The notes under the pieces: model-generated | What the model was told of the DNA's origin: nothing | What the model saw: only the letters and a program-made list of their open reading frames with translations | The model's database searches: none | In this document: one piece after another, positions 10,090 to 23,100 of the stretch | How positions within the stretch are numbered: position 1 is the first letter of the stretch | Layout of the letters: each line of letters opens with the position of its first letter | From: a bacterium | GTDB lineage: Bacteria; UBA10199; 2-02-FULL-50-16; JAJFLM01 | Direction: 5' to 3' | Length of the DNA stretch: 64,000 nucleotides | Assembly (NCBI GenBank): GCA_965216315.1 | Contig: CBDCFN010000016.1 | Span: 2,208,001-2,272,000, forward strand | Position numbers and translations under genes: made by a program

Positions 10090-10965
10090 TTAATTCGGGT
10101 TATAAATTGATTTCAAAGTCGCGCCAATCTCCGCCGTGGTCGGCGCAACGGCTACACCCGCTTTTTCAAAAGCCGCAATTTTTTCCTTAGCGGTTCCCTT
10201 ACCCCCTGCAATAATCGCGCCGGCATGTCCCATCCGTTTACCTGGCGGGGCCGTTTGACCTGCAATCATTGAAACTACCGGTTTCTTGACTGTCGATTGA
10301 ATGTATTCCGCAGCCTCTTCTTCGGCAGACCCACCGATCTCACCGATAAGAATAATCGCTTCGGTTTCCGGATCTTGTTCAAAGAGTTCCAGGCACTCAA
10401 TAAAATCCAGCCCCTTGACCGGATCCCCACCGATTCCGATACAAGTGGATTGCCCGAGACCCATGCGTGTCACCTGGTCAACGGCCTCATAGGTCAAGGT
10501 CCCCGACCGAGAGACCACGCCTACTTTGCCGGGGCGATGGATCTGACCGGGCATGATGCCGATCTTACATTCCCCGGGGGTGATAATGCCCGGACAGTTG
10601 GGACCAATCAGACGTGTCCGCGCCCCCTTAATAGCCTCTTTCACCTTAACCATGTCCAGAATAGGAATTCCTTCCGTAATGCAGACAACCAAATCAAGAT
10701 CAGCCTCGACCGCTTCTAGGATAGCGGCCGCTGCAAAGCGAGGTGGCACATAAATAACCGAAACCGAAGCTCCCGTCGACTCCTGGGCCTCTTTAACGGT
10801 ATTAAAAATAGGAATGCCTTCGAATTCCTGTCCGCCTTTTTTGGGCGTCACGCCGGCAACCATTTGAGTTCCATACTCGACACCCAACCGTGTATGAAAC
10901 TGCCCTGTTTTCCCGGTAATCCCTTGAGTCATTACTTTAGTATCTTTATTAACGAGGACTGACAT
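10090..10965 (-). CDS. sucD: Succinyl-CoA synthetase alpha subunit
   Basis: [28 protein letters not shown]. Confidence 0.97.
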   Translation of the reverse strand: MSVLVNKDTKVMTQGITGKTGQFHTRLGVEYGTQMVAGVTPKKGGQEFEGIPIFNTVKEAQESTGASVSVIYVPPRFAAAAILEAVEADLDLVVCITEGIPILDMVKVKEAIKGARTRLIGPNCPGIITPGECKIGIMPGQIHRPGKVGVVSRSGTLTYEAVDQVTRMGLGQSTCIGIGGDPVKGLDFIECLELFEQDPETEAIILIGEIGGSAEEEAAEYIQSTVKKPVVSMIAGQTAPPGKRMGHAGAIIAGGKGTAKEKIAAFEKAGVAVAPTTAEIGATLKSIYNPN

Positions 10966-12122
10966 TACTTCCCCACCTCCACGACTTTTTGGGCCGCCTT
11001 GGCCAAATCGTCTTCTGATATCAAATCCAACCCCGACTCTTCGAGTATTTTCTTGCCTAATTCCACATTGGTTCCCTGCAATCGAACCACAACAGGCACT
11101 TTAATATGAACCTCTTTAGCCGCCGCGACAACACCCTCGGCAATGACGTCGCAACGCATAATACCGCCGAAAATATTAACGAGTATCGCCTTAACGTGAG
11201 GATCCCCTAAAATGATTTTAAATGCCTCGGTCACTTTTTCTGCGGTGGCGCCGCCACCAACATCGAGAAAGTTAGCCGGCTCCCCTCCGTAGTGTTTAAT
11301 GATATCCATGGTGGCCATCGCCAAGCCGGCCCCATTGACCATACAACCCACGTTGCCATCGAGTTTGATATAGGACAGATCGTGCTCATTGGCAGCCATT
11401 TCACCGGGTTCTTCTTCATCAAGATCGCGCAACTCCTGATAATCCGGATGACGGAACAACGCATTGTCATCAAAGTTGATCTTGGCATCCAAAGCCAGCA
11501 GCTTGTTGTCTCCCGTCACGACTAGCGGATTGATCTCCACCAGACTGCAGTCCGCTTCGACGTAGGCACTGTAGAGCTTGGTAACAAAATCATAAAAGGT
11601 CGCACCGAGATCGCCATCGAGTCCCAACTTGGCCGCTATATCGCGCGCCTGGCCTTCATCAACGCCCGCCGCAGGATCGACAGGGAGTTTGAAAATCTTT
11701 TCCGGGGACTTTGCCGCCACTTCTTCGATGTCCATGCCCCCTTCGGCACTCGCCATGAAGGTCACATGAGAGGTTACACGATCGAGGGTTGCGCCAAGAT
11801 AGAGTTCACGCGCAATGTCGCAGCCCTTCTCGATCAATACCTTCTTCACCAGCTTGCCTTCCGGTCCGGTCTGGTGGGTCACGAGGTTCATGCCTAGGAT
11901 GGCATCCGCAGCCTCACGGGCCGCTGCTTGATCCTTGACCAGCTTGACCCCACCGCCCTTGCCGCGCCCGCCGGCATGGATCTGGGCCTTGACGACGACG
12001 GGATAGCCTAAGGAATCGGCCGCCGAAACCGCCTCATCAACGTCATAGGTTATTTGGCCTTCAGGCACGGGCACGCCGTACTTCCGAAGGATTTCCTTGC
12101 CTTGATATTCGTGGATTTTCAT
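10965..12122 (-). CDS. sucC: Succinyl-CoA synthetase beta subunit
   Basis: [34 protein letters not shown]. Confidence 0.97.
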   Translation of the reverse strand: MKIHEYQGKEILRKYGVPVPEGQITYDVDEAVSAADSLGYPVVVKAQIHAGGRGKGGGVKLVKDQAAAREAADAILGMNLVTHQTGPEGKLVKKVLIEKGCDIARELYLGATLDRVTSHVTFMASAEGGMDIEEVAAKSPEKIFKLPVDPAAGVDEGQARDIAAKLGLDGDLGATFYDFVTKLYSAYVEADCSLVEINPLVVTGDNKLLALDAKINFDDNALFRHPDYQELRDLDEEEPGEMAANEHDLSYIKLDGNVGCMVNGAGLAMATMDIIKHYGGEPANFLDVGGGATAEKVTEAFKIILGDPHVKAILVNIFGGIMRCDVIAEGVVAAAKEVHIKVPVVVRLQGTNVELGKKILEESGLDLISEDDLAKAAQKVVEVGK

Positions 12123-12124
12123 AA

Positions 12125-12883
12125 TTATTTTCCGAGCAGTTTTTTAAAGATTCGTTTGGTCGCCGCGCGTTCCATCTCGGCGATCGAGTAGGTGAGAGGG
12201 ATTTCTTTGGGACATACCTCGACGCAGTTTTGGGCGTTGCCGCAGGACTCCAAACCGCCCTCTTCCATCAGGGCATCGAGGCGAACATCTTCCTGCATCT
12301 TGCCGGTCGGATGGCTGTTAAATAATCTAACCTGTGAAATCGCCGCAGCACCGATGAAAGGGCTGTTTTTATTGACCTGAGGACAGGCCTCCAGACAACA
12401 GCCACAGGTCATACAGCGCGACAATTCATAGGCCATCTGTTGAACGTCCGGAGCCACCTTCGGTCCGGGACCCAGGTCATAAGAACCATCGATCGGGATC
12501 CAGGCCTGCACTTTCTTTAAGGCATTAAACATCTTGGTTCGATCGACGCGCAGATCGCGAATCGTCGGGAATTTACTCATCGGTTCGACACGGATGGGCT
12601 TTTCGAGCTGATCAACTAGCGCTGAACAGGCCTGCCGCACACGACCATTGATGACCATCGTACAGGCCCCGCAAACTTCTTCGAGACACGAACTTTCCCA
12701 GATTACCGGTGTCGTCTTCTTACCCTTGGCATTAACGGGGTTTTTCTGAATTTCCAGTAGCGCGGAAATCACATTCATCGCCCGATGATGCGTGACCTCA
12801 AAGTCCTCCCAATAGGGATCCGCATTGGGGCCGTCTTGACGCCTTATTTTAAAAGGAACGGTCTTTTGTTTCTCGATGGTCAT
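12125..12883 (-). CDS. sdhB: Succinate dehydrogenase iron-sulfur subunit
   Basis: [33 protein letters not shown]. Confidence 0.95.
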   Translation of the reverse strand: MTIEKQKTVPFKIRRQDGPNADPYWEDFEVTHHRAMNVISALLEIQKNPVNAKGKKTTPVIWESSCLEEVCGACTMVINGRVRQACSALVDQLEKPIRVEPMSKFPTIRDLRVDRTKMFNALKKVQAWIPIDGSYDLGPGPKVAPDVQQMAYELSRCMTCGCCLEACPQVNKNSPFIGAAAISQVRLFNSHPTGKMQEDVRLDALMEEGGLESCGNAQNCVEVCPKEIPLTYSIAEMERAATKRIFKKLLGK

Positions 12884-12886
12884 CGT

Positions 12887-14632
12887 TTATTTATCATAGC
12901 GGCGAGGCCGCGGTTTTATGTACTGGATATCAACATCCTCGTAACTGAATTCAGGCGCCTCCGGCTTGAATTTCGCCTTTGTCGTCTTCAGCCAGTTCTC
13001 ATCATCGCGCTCCGGAAATTCGGGCTTATAATGGGCACCACGACTCTCATTGCGCTTAAAGGCGCCAATCGCAATGACCCGCGCCAACTGCAACATATTG
13101 CCAAGTTGGCGCGCAAATAATAATTCTTCGTTGGCCCAGGTGCCGGTATCCGGCAAACCGATATTTTTATACCTCTCGATAAATTCCTGAATCATTTGAT
13201 CTGCCTTGGCCAGCTTATCATTTTGACGAATAACCGTGCAGTATTCGGTCATCATCGCACCCAACTCCTGTTGCAAAACATGGGGGTTTTCATCGCCGGA
13301 GGATTTAACCAGCGCTTCGTTTAATTCTTCTTGGCGTCTGACTTCTTCCATAAAAAACGCCGCATTGACGTCATCTGAAGAGGACTCGAGTCCGCCGGCA
13401 TACTCGACCGCATTCGGACCGGTAATGAGCCCACCGTAAATGCAACTCATCAATGAATTGGCACCTAGACGATTCGCTCCATGATATTGATACTCGCACT
13501 CACCGGCAGCAAACAAGCCTTCAATATTGGTCATTTGATTAAAATCGACCCAAAGGCCACCCATGGAGTAATGCATGGATGGGAACACCCTCATCGCAAC
13601 TTTCTTCGGGTCATCCCCAACGAATTTTTCATAGATCTCCAGAACACCACCCAATTTTTCCTGCAACATATCGGGATCTAAATGGGATACATCAAGAAAT
13701 ACCTGCGGTTTACCATCAATACCCAAGCCCAGCTCATAAACAGCTTTAAAAATCGCCCGCGTCGCCACATCACGCGGAACGAGATTACCGTATTTGGGAT
13801 ACCATTCTTCCAGAAAATACCATGGCTTGCCATCCTTATAGACCCAGACGCGACCTCCCTCGCCCCGAACCGATTCGGAAATCAAACGATTCTTATCATC
13901 TCCCGGAATCGCCGTAGGATGAACCTGAATAAATTCTCCATTGGCGTAGTAGACACCCTGCTGATAAACCGATGCCGTCGCACTCCCCGTACAAATACCT
14001 GACATCGTCGATCGCCCGTAGATAGCCCCCGGACCCCCGGTGCAAAGAATGACCGCATCCGCTTTAAAAGCAACAACTTCCATCGTCGAACGGTTGATCG
14101 CAACAATACCGCGACATCTGCGCGCATTATCGAGGACGAGCGAAAGAAACTCCCACCCTTCATACTTTGTTATATTGCCTTCGGTCTCATAGCGGCGAAC
14201 CTGCTCATCTAAGGCATACAGCAGCTGTTGTCCCGTTGTCGCCCCGGCAAACGCGGTCCGATGATGAAGTGTTCCGCCAAAACGTCTAAAATCTATCAGC
14301 CCTTCCGCCGTCCGGTTGAACATGACACCCATACGATCCAACATGTAAATAATCGACGGCGCGCGCTCGCACATATTCTTGATGGGAGTCTGGTTTCCTA
14401 AAAAATCGCCGCCATAAACCGTGTCATCAAAATGTTGCCAGGGACTATCTCCTTCCCCTTTCGTATCCACCGCGGCATTAATACCGCCCTGCGCACACAC
14501 GGAATGGGAACGACGCACCGGAACGACGCTAAACAGGTCTACCTGTCCGCCTCTTTCCGCAATGCTCATTGAGGCCGCTAGTCCAGCGAGACCCCCTCCA
14601 ACAACGATAATTCTTGGATTTGTGTTTGCCAT
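12887..14632 (-). CDS. sdhA: Succinate dehydrogenase flavoprotein subunit
   Basis: GGGLAG, RSHSVCAQGGIN, QVHPT, HGANRLGANSL, ESRGAH. Confidence 0.95.
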   Translation of the reverse strand: MANTNPRIIVVGGGLAGLAASMSIAERGGQVDLFSVVPVRRSHSVCAQGGINAAVDTKGEGDSPWQHFDDTVYGGDFLGNQTPIKNMCERAPSIIYMLDRMGVMFNRTAEGLIDFRRFGGTLHHRTAFAGATTGQQLLYALDEQVRRYETEGNITKYEGWEFLSLVLDNARRCRGIVAINRSTMEVVAFKADAVILCTGGPGAIYGRSTMSGICTGSATASVYQQGVYYANGEFIQVHPTAIPGDDKNRLISESVRGEGGRVWVYKDGKPWYFLEEWYPKYGNLVPRDVATRAIFKAVYELGLGIDGKPQVFLDVSHLDPDMLQEKLGGVLEIYEKFVGDDPKKVAMRVFPSMHYSMGGLWVDFNQMTNIEGLFAAGECEYQYHGANRLGANSLMSCIYGGLITGPNAVEYAGGLESSSDDVNAAFFMEEVRRQEELNEALVKSSGDENPHVLQQELGAMMTEYCTVIRQNDKLAKADQMIQEFIERYKNIGLPDTGTWANEELLFARQLGNMLQLARVIAIGAFKRNESRGAHYKPEFPERDDENWLKTTKAKFKPEAPEFSYEDVDIQYIKPRPRRYDK

Positions 14633-15247
14633 TTATAAAAACCGCGTCAGTATTCCTATGCCCAAGCCACCCAGGCCAATAAACATTATCCAGCTCAATG
14701 CTGCAGTAACCCGTTGCGCCTTAGGACCGATTGTCAGTCCCCATGTAATCAGAAAACTCCAGACTCCATTCGAAAAATGAAAGGTAACCGCCAACACGCC
14801 CACGATGTAGAACCAAAACCAATAAGGATTTTGCAGTATCGCCTGCATTTCTTCAAAGTGAAACTCAGTCCCTGCCAAGTAAGATTGAATCCGCGTCGTA
14901 TAGGAATGGGTCGCGATAAAAATCAACGCGAGTATGCCCGTAAAGCGTTGCGCAAAATAAAGCCAATTCCGAGAAAAACCGTAATCCACAAAATTATTCT
15001 CGCCCCGATATATAATCAGCAAACCTACTACGGCATGAAAGAGGATAGGCGCATAAATAGTCGAAAGCTCAATTACAACTACCAACGGCAAGCTGGTTAA
15101 GAATTCTGTATGTTCATTGTAGGCTTCCGGTGAAATGAAAACGTAGGCATTAGAAAAAAAGTGTTGCAGCAAAAAAGCACCGATGGGGAAGATCCCCGCA
15201 AGTGAGAAAAGGCGTTTCAACAAGAAGGGGGTTGTTTTCTGGCTCAT
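14633..15247 (-). CDS. sdhC: Succinate dehydrogenase cytochrome b558 subunit (single-anchor, Bacillus-like type)
   Basis: Five TM helices with His ligands, FHFSNGVWSFLITWG; directly upstream of sdhA. Confidence 0.9.
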   Translation of the reverse strand: MSQKTTPFLLKRLFSLAGIFPIGAFLLQHFFSNAYVFISPEAYNEHTEFLTSLPLVVVIELSTIYAPILFHAVVGLLIIYRGENNFVDYGFSRNWLYFAQRFTGILALIFIATHSYTTRIQSYLAGTEFHFEEMQAILQNPYWFWFYIVGVLAVTFHFSNGVWSFLITWGLTIGPKAQRVTAALSWIMFIGLGGLGIGILTRFL

Positions 15248-15255
15248 AGCATTCG

Positions 15256-16281
<1,026 letters not shown>

Positions 16282-16285
<4 letters not shown>

Positions 16286-17532
16286 ATATTCTCGACGACT
16301 GCCTTTGCAAATTCCGAACACTTGACTAACGTCGCCCCTTCCATTTGTCGGGCCAAATCGTAGGTCACGGTCTTTTGCGAGATAGCCCCTTCGATGCCGC
16401 GAATAACGGCCCGACTTGCTTCTTCCCAACCCAAGTGTTCTAGCATTTGCGCTCCAGAAAGCACTAACGAACATGGATTAACCTTATCCAATCCCGCATA
16501 CTTCGGAGCGGTCCCATGCGTCGCCTCAAAAACCGCCGCTTTATCCCCGATATTGGCACCCGGCGCCATTCCAAGCCCGCCGACTTGTGCCGCGCATGCA
16601 TCGGATAAATAGTCACCATTCAGATTCGGCAACGCAATGACCGAATATTCATCGGGACGCAACAACACCTGCTGAAACATCGCATCCGCAATGCGGTCCT
16701 TGACGACTATTTTGCCCGCAGGCACCTTGCCATCGAATTCATCCCACACTTGTTGTTCACTGATCGTTTGCTCAGGGAACTCCTCGCGAGCGACTTCATA
16801 ACCCCATTCACGGAAGGCTCCTTCCGTGAACTTCATAATATTCCCCTTGTGTACTAGAGTCACACTGGACCGACCATGATCTATCGCATATTGAATAGCC
16901 CGTCGGACCAATCGCTTGGTGCCGAAAGCCGAGATCGGTTTCACCCCAATCCCCGAATTCTCACGAATCGAACTGCCCATATCCTTATTTAAGAATTCAA
17001 TCACCCGATTCGCTTCTGCGGAACCGGCTTCCCACTCGATACCGGCGTACACATCTTCCGTGTTTTCCCGGAAAATCACGACGTCGAGTTTTTCCGGTTC
17101 TTTCACCGGCGACGGAACACCCGAAAAATAGCGCGATGGCCGGACACAGGCGTAGAGGTCCATGACCTGGCGCAAGCGGACATTGATAGAACGAAACCCA
17201 CCCCCGACCGGCGTCGTCAACGGACCCTTAATCGCCACATGAACTTGACTAATCGCTTCGACCGTATCTTCCGGAAGCCAGGTATTGGGCCCGTAAACTT
17301 CATTGGCTTTATCTCCAGCGTAGAGCTCCCACCACTCGATGGCCTTATCGCCATCAAAAGCTTTTTTCACTGCGGCATCGAGAATCAGTCGGGTCGCGGC
17401 CCAAATATCCGGACCAATCCCGTCACCTTCGATAAAACCTATGATCGGATTGTTCGGAACGCTTAAGGCTCCTGCTGGGGAGACCTGGATCAGTTCACCT
17501 GACGTGGGGAGGGAAATCTTCTCTAAAGTCAT
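16282..17532 (-). CDS. icd: NADP-dependent isocitrate dehydrogenase
   Basis: [49 protein letters not shown]. Confidence 0.96.
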
Positions 17533-17559
17533 GCTAAAAAACCTTTATTTTTTATGGAT

Positions 17560-18696
17560 CTATCTCTCACCTATCGGCACAAACTTGAGGTCTCGAGCAC
17601 CCACATAACGGCCCAGGGGACGGATGAGGCGATTATTCCTCATTTGCTCTAATATGTGCGCCGTCCAACCCGAAATACGCGCGATGGCAAAGATAGGGGT
17701 GAATAAATCAACCGGAATTCCGATGATGTGATAAACACTTGCCGAATAAAAATCAACGTTAGGATCAATGTCCTTCTCGTTCTTGACGACTTCCTCAATC
17801 TGGGTCGACATCTCGTACCATTCAGACTGTCCAGAGGCCTCGCCAAGGCGTTCTGCCATCCGTTTGAGAAAGCTGGCCCGTGGGTCCATTGTCTTATACA
17901 CCCGATGTCCAAAACCAAAGATTCTTTGTTTATCCGCTAGTTGCGCCTGAATCCATGAAGACACCCTTTCAGGTTTGCCTATCGCCTGCAACATAGCCAG
18001 TACCTTTTCATTGGCCCCACCGTGCAACGGCCCCTTCAACGTTCCTATCGCCGCCGTCACGGCTGAATAAATATCGGATAAGGTGGCTATTGTAACGCGG
18101 GCTGAAAAAGTCGAAGCATTAAAGCCATGTTCGGCATGGAGAACTAAGGACATATCGAGGGCGTCGACCGCCTCTTGCATCGCCGGCTCACCCTTGAGCT
18201 GATAAAGAAAACGCTCGGCCAAGCTCATGCCTAATTGATGAGGTACCGGCTCTAGCCCTCTCCGCAAACGATCATAGGTCGCAACGATCATGGGAATACG
18301 TGCCGTCAGCTGAATCGCCTTTTCACGTAACCCGGCATCCGAATGGTCGTTGGGCCGGTGATCGTAGTGGGATAATAAAGAAACCGCACTCCGGAGTGCA
18401 TCCATGGGCGCCGCATGCCGATTGGCAATCCCACGGAGTATCTCGATGAGGGAACGGGGCAAATCCGCCTCTTGGTCGAGCGCCTCCCGGAGTTCGCTCA
18501 GTTCGCTCGCTGTAGGCAAGCGCAGATTCCACAAGAGAAAACAGACCTCTTCAAAGCTGATATTACCCGCCAACTCGCGAATATCATAACCACCGTAGAT
18601 CAGCTCGCCGCGCTCCCCGTCAATGGCCGATATGGCCGTATCAGCGGCAATAACCCCTTCCAGACCCGCTTTAAGCTCCATTTTTCCTAAAGGCAT
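17560..18696 (-). CDS. Citrate synthase (short CitZ/PrpC-type)
   Basis: GLEGV, HAEHGFNASTF, GPLHGGANE, GFGHRVY, PNVDFYS. Confidence 0.93.
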   Translation of the reverse strand: MPLGKMELKAGLEGVIAADTAISAIDGERGELIYGGYDIRELAGNISFEEVCFLLWNLRLPTASELSELREALDQEADLPRSLIEILRGIANRHAAPMDALRSAVSLLSHYDHRPNDHSDAGLREKAIQLTARIPMIVATYDRLRRGLEPVPHQLGMSLAERFLYQLKGEPAMQEAVDALDMSLVLHAEHGFNASTFSARVTIATLSDIYSAVTAAIGTLKGPLHGGANEKVLAMLQAIGKPERVSSWIQAQLADKQRIFGFGHRVYKTMDPRASFLKRMAERLGEASGQSEWYEMSTQIEEVVKNEKDIDPNVDFYSASVYHIIGIPVDLFTPIFAIARISGWTAHILEQMRNNRLIRPLGRYVGARDLKFVPIGER

Positions 18697-18755
18697 AGCG
18701 GGGGTACTTTATTGGAATCAGGACTAAAGTCAAGGACGTGGGGCCTAGGCGCCGT

Positions 18756-19697
18756 CTAGAATGATTTCAGCCGGAGTGCCTTCGGAAGAATCCGATAGGT
18801 CGCCGGCAAGACCCCCGGCTGCTCTCCATCGCAATCCAGGAGTACAGACTCTTCCGAGGCAATAGAGACCTTTTTGGCCCGATAGACCTCAACCTGCGGA
18901 TGGTTGCGAATATTGCCCATATAGAGCTGGGGCAGGTGGCGCAACAACTCGGTGACCTTTACGTCGCCGATCAGGACAAAATCCAGCCAGCCGTCATCAA
19001 TGATGGCATCGGGAGCAATATGCATCCCACTGCCAAAATACTGGCCATTCGCGACGACCGCACAGAGCGCTTTTTTGCGAATCGGCTCAGCATCATCAAT
19101 CTCGATCGTGATGTAACGATTCTGGTGGCGTCTGAGTGCCTTAGCTAATCCCAGCAAATAGGCCACGCGTCCCCCAAAAGTCCGCGGCATTTTACTGATT
19201 TCGTCGACAAGTTCCCCGGGCAGGCCGCATCCGGCGATGTTGGCAAAATAGCGTTGCTGACTCAGCCCATCGAGCGTCTTGAACGTGATATGCCCAATAT
19301 CTACCGATCGCGTCTCACGACCACTTAAAAAAGCTATCATCTCATCGGTCGACTTGGGTTGACCGATCGATTTGACATAGTCCGCACCTGTTCCGGCTGA
19401 AATCACTCCCAGTACGGGCTTGGCAACAACCGCTTTGCCTTCATCAAAGAAACCATTGACAACTTCATTGACGGTCCCGTCCCCTCCCACCGCGACAATC
19501 ATTTCATAACCTTTACGTAAGGCTTCCGTTGTCAGGATAATGCCGTGGCCCTGCGAATTAGTAATCTCAAAATCGCAAACTCCAAATTTCTTCTTAATGA
19601 GCTTTTCAAGTTTATCCCACACTTTACGCCCCTGGCCATGACCGGAGCAGGCATTGACGACAAAGAACGTTTTGAAATTTTTAGCAGTTTTGGACAT
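18756..19697 (-). CDS. Diacylglycerol kinase family lipid kinase (YegS/DgkB-like)
   Basis: VGGDGTVNEVVNG, GTGAD, NGQYFGSG, DGE. Confidence 0.9.
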   Translation of the reverse strand: MSKTAKNFKTFFVVNACSGHGQGRKVWDKLEKLIKKKFGVCDFEITNSQGHGIILTTEALRKGYEMIVAVGGDGTVNEVVNGFFDEGKAVVAKPVLGVISAGTGADYVKSIGQPKSTDEMIAFLSGRETRSVDIGHITFKTLDGLSQQRYFANIAGCGLPGELVDEISKMPRTFGGRVAYLLGLAKALRRHQNRYITIEIDDAEPIRKKALCAVVANGQYFGSGMHIAPDAIIDDGWLDFVLIGDVKVTELLRHLPQLYMGNIRNHPQVEVYRAKKVSIASEESVLLDCDGEQPGVLPATYRILPKALRLKSF

Positions 19698-19703
19698 CGT
19701 GAG

Positions 19704-20846
19704 CTATTTCTCCCCGAATTCATCAATGATCTTGCCGGGCCCCTCCGGCCTAATCGCACTGTTCAAAAAATCCACTAAATTCTGTACCTGCATAGAACCT
19801 CCAAATTCCCGAAACCGATTCACGCAAGTCGAACATGAGGACACCAACACCTTTGCATCTGTTTCCTGAAATTCGGCCAACCGACTTTCAGTCATTTTCT
19901 GCGCCGTCTCGGGCCGCGTGACTGGCAACAAACCGCCGCCACCGCAACAATAACTTCCTTCACGCTTCCGGCGAAATTCAATCGGGTCGGTTCCAATAAC
20001 CGTCTTCAAAACCCGCCGTGGCTCTTCATAAACATTGAGATAGCGCCCCAAAAAACAAGGGTCGTGATAAGCAACCTTTGTTTGCACACTCTTGCGGACA
20101 TGAAAATTGCTTTGCTTCATCTGGCTATCTAAAAACTGTGGCAATGAAACAATCTGTGCTTTTACTGGAAAACCATAGATAGGAAATAGCTTATCAAGCG
20201 TATAGACACAAACAGGGTCCCCACAAACAACCAGTGGGTAATCATCAAACATGTGAGAAAGCACCTCGGCATGCTCCTTAAACCCATTAAGATCTCCTGC
20301 TGCCAGCAGTGGATATCCACAGCACTGAATTGCCTGATCAAAAAGACCGAATGACTCGAGACCTAATTTGCCAAAAAGCTCCATGGTATGCTGCACGGTC
20401 TGAGGGTGATGATGGATTTCAGAACATCCTGGAAAATACGTAACAGCGGCAGGACGAAATAAATCTTTTGGAAATTTCTTTTTTAACAGTTCGAGCAACC
20501 GCACTCCATAAGGATTATTGCGATGCTTAAATCGAGCACAAAAATCATAAACACTTTGAGGAGAAAATCCTTTTTTATATGCCTTGGCCCGAAACTGAAT
20601 GAGTACCGAAGACACGGGATTATCAAGTTCGCACGTTTGAGTACTCATCCCACAATCGGCACACTTATAAGCCTGTAATGCCGCCTCATGACTCCACTCA
20701 AGCTTTCGATCCGCCAGTAACTTCATCGTCATCATTTTAGCCCGCGGCGTACTCATCTCATCCTGATCCGCGTCGCTTACGGGACAAGATTCACGGCAGA
20801 GATTGGGACAATAGTAGCAGTGATCTAAGGACTTTTTCATCACCAT
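19704..20846 (-). CDS. Fe-S oxidoreductase with CCG domains (GlpC/GlcF-like)
   Basis: CYYCPNLCRESCP, CADCGMSTQTC, two CCG motifs, YHDPC. Confidence 0.85.
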   Translation of the reverse strand: MVMKKSLDHCYYCPNLCRESCPVSDADQDEMSTPRAKMMTMKLLADRKLEWSHEAALQAYKCADCGMSTQTCELDNPVSSVLIQFRAKAYKKGFSPQSVYDFCARFKHRNNPYGVRLLELLKKKFPKDLFRPAAVTYFPGCSEIHHHPQTVQHTMELFGKLGLESFGLFDQAIQCCGYPLLAAGDLNGFKEHAEVLSHMFDDYPLVVCGDPVCVYTLDKLFPIYGFPVKAQIVSLPQFLDSQMKQSNFHVRKSVQTKVAYHDPCFLGRYLNVYEEPRRVLKTVIGTDPIEFRRKREGSYCCGGGGLLPVTRPETAQKMTESRLAEFQETDAKVLVSSCSTCVNRFREFGGSMQVQNLVDFLNSAIRPEGPGKIIDEFGEK

Positions 20847-21529
20847 CAGACTGACTCCATCATCATCTTTTCAAGGAGAGGAACAACCTTACGTTTCGAC
20901 GCTCGTATCACTTTACCTCCTTGAGACTTGGATAAAGTGGCTGCCTTACTCATATAAGCTTTGACCATACCTTCGAGTCCTGCAAAGCGCACACTGACCA
21001 AGGCAAGTTTATCACTCCTCAACTCAGTAGCCTGCTGCTTTACGTCATAGACCTTTGAAAAGCTGTTACTGATATGCAAAGCTGCCAATTCTTCGACAAA
21101 CTCCTGCCCCTTCACTAAAGACGGCCAATAGGAATAATGCCACTCAATTATTTCAGGCAAAGGATAAAGCCGTAACGTAACATCTTCAAGCTTACCTTGG
21201 CGCGTCCCCATATTTAGAATTAGTGTACGAAAATCAGGGCCCGCCGCAGTCCGCGGTACCGTTTTACTCTTGTAACGTTTGCCATCGTTGCCCATCATCG
21301 TAAACCCGACACAGGCTTTCATGGCCGTTCCGTACTGCGCCTGAAGTAAATTAGGAGGATCTTTATAGAGCCATTGCTGGACACTGAGACTGCGCTGCTG
21401 ATCATTGAGATAGCCCAGCGTATACCCTGATTTGTTGAGTCTCTCTTCTAAGCGTACCCATTTTGTTTGCGCCGAGCATGTCACCAAAAGTGACATATGA
21501 TCCATATCAATATTCATTGCCTCACTCAT
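20846..21529 (-). CDS. Degenerate FAD-binding PCMH-type subunit (GlcE-like)
   Basis: PRTAAGPD, GKLEDVTLRLYPLPE; lacks the N-terminal FAD-binding segment. Confidence 0.6.
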   Translation of the reverse strand: MSEAMNIDMDHMSLLVTCSAQTKWVRLEERLNKSGYTLGYLNDQQRSLSVQQWLYKDPPNLLQAQYGTAMKACVGFTMMGNDGKRYKSKTVPRTAAGPDFRTLILNMGTRQGKLEDVTLRLYPLPEIIEWHYSYWPSLVKGQEFVEELAALHISNSFSKVYDVKQQATELRSDKLALVSVRFAGLEGMVKAYMSKAATLSKSQGGKVIRASKRKVVPLLEKMMMESV

Positions 21530-23100
21530 GAGAGCCCCATCTTTCCCGGGTTCATTATATTGTTGGGATCAAGCGTATTCTTAAAATTTCGGAACACGTC
21601 CATCAAACGACCTAGCTCACGGCTCATATACTTGGCTTTCAAAAGCCCCACCCCATGATGATGCGTAATCGTGCCTCCCGCCTGCAAACAAGCATCCATC
21701 GCATCTCCCCAAACCTGATCATAAACACGCAGTTCCTCAGCGACGGAATTTTGGCGCCCAACAAACGTGAAATAAATGGAGCAACCCTCCGGGTAAGCAT
21801 GTGAAAAATGCGCCATAACAAAACAATGTCGTGCAATAGCTTTACGCACCCTTTTATATAGCTCTTCAAGACAATCCCAGGTTGCGGCCACTTCGATCGT
21901 GTCCACAAAATTACCTTGCGCAAATAGCTCCGGCATTTTGTATGAAACGCTGTAACGATGCTTCCGCCAATGCTCCCCAATAGCCGGCCCCTCATCACGG
22001 CTAATCACTTCGCGACATATCTTGAGCGCTTCGACCTCTTCCGACTTTATAATATCCGGGTCTCCCTCAAAGCCCATCACGAGAACAGAGCTAACCGGCA
22101 TGCGTTGGACGACAAAGTCTACGACACGTGGGTAAGAAATAATCCGATTGAGTGCCTTGCTTTTAAGCGGTTCCACTAAACGCGATAAGGGATTCAAAAT
22201 CGACTCCCGCAACGGCTGCTTGACCGTTTCGAGCCAATCACCCAGATTACCTCCAAGATTCCGCTCATAACCCCACTGCAACAATAAACTGTCTAAACGA
22301 TCATAGAGACGAAGCACCGAAGGGCGTAAACCGGCCTGCATAATACGTCGCAAAGACTGGATGGCCTGCGACAGGTGGACAAAACTAATGCCACGATAAC
22401 GATCAGCCTGCGCTTTTCGATGAAGACGAACGCGGCATCGGGTAACGATACCAAGCACTCCTTCACTTCCGACAAATAACGGAACAGGAGTTACTCCAGG
22501 CAGGCCGGGGATGCGTTTCGACCCGATCGGCAATATTTCGCCCGACGGCAATACCGCCTCAACCGAATCAATCATATCTTCAATATTGCCGTACTTTGAA
22601 GAAAGTTGGCCGGCACCTCGCGCAGCTAAACAGCCGCCAAGAGTCGCCACGAGTATGGAGCTTGGGAAATGACCAAGGGTATAGCCTTTATCATTTAAAA
22701 GTTTTTCAAGCCTAAGGCTATTAATCCCTGACTGGACGATAGCCGTACGTTTTCGCGCATTAATCGATTCAATTTGATCTAACCGTTTGAGATCGACAAT
22801 TACCCCACCACGTACCGGCAAGGTTCCACCCGCAACACCCGATCCGCCCCCAAAGGCAATCAATGGAACTTGTCGCTGTTGGGCCCACTGCACCAGCTTC
22901 ACAACGTCGGCGGTGGATCCCGGCCAGACGACCGCTTGTGGCCAATAAATGGGGCGACCTCGCCGTGATTGAATCAGCGTCCGCGACATCGAATCATGCG
23001 TATAATGCAGACAATCGACCTCTCCGACCGTAACATGCTGATCCCCAACAATTTGTGAAAGCGAACGTATGTCTCGTTTCGACAGTGCCGTCTTCGTCAT
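21526..23100 (-). CDS. FAD-linked oxidoreductase, alkyl-dihydroxyacetonephosphate synthase-like
   Basis: GHFPSS..ATLGG..AARGAGQLSSKYGNIEDM, GSEGVLG, HFSHAY..G.SIYFTF, ITHHHGVG, DPNNIMNPGK. Confidence 0.8.
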   Translation of the reverse strand: MTKTALSKRDIRSLSQIVGDQHVTVGEVDCLHYTHDSMSRTLIQSRRGRPIYWPQAVVWPGSTADVVKLVQWAQQRQVPLIAFGGGSGVAGGTLPVRGGVIVDLKRLDQIESINARKRTAIVQSGINSLRLEKLLNDKGYTLGHFPSSILVATLGGCLAARGAGQLSSKYGNIEDMIDSVEAVLPSGEILPIGSKRIPGLPGVTPVPLFVGSEGVLGIVTRCRVRLHRKAQADRYRGISFVHLSQAIQSLRRIMQAGLRPSVLRLYDRLDSLLLQWGYERNLGGNLGDWLETVKQPLRESILNPLSRLVEPLKSKALNRIISYPRVVDFVVQRMPVSSVLVMGFEGDPDIIKSEEVEALKICREVISRDEGPAIGEHWRKHRYSVSYKMPELFAQGNFVDTIEVAATWDCLEELYKRVRKAIARHCFVMAHFSHAYPEGCSIYFTFVGRQNSVAEELRVYDQVWGDAMDACLQAGGTITHHHGVGLLKAKYMSRELGRLMDVFRNFKNTLDPNNIMNPGKMGLS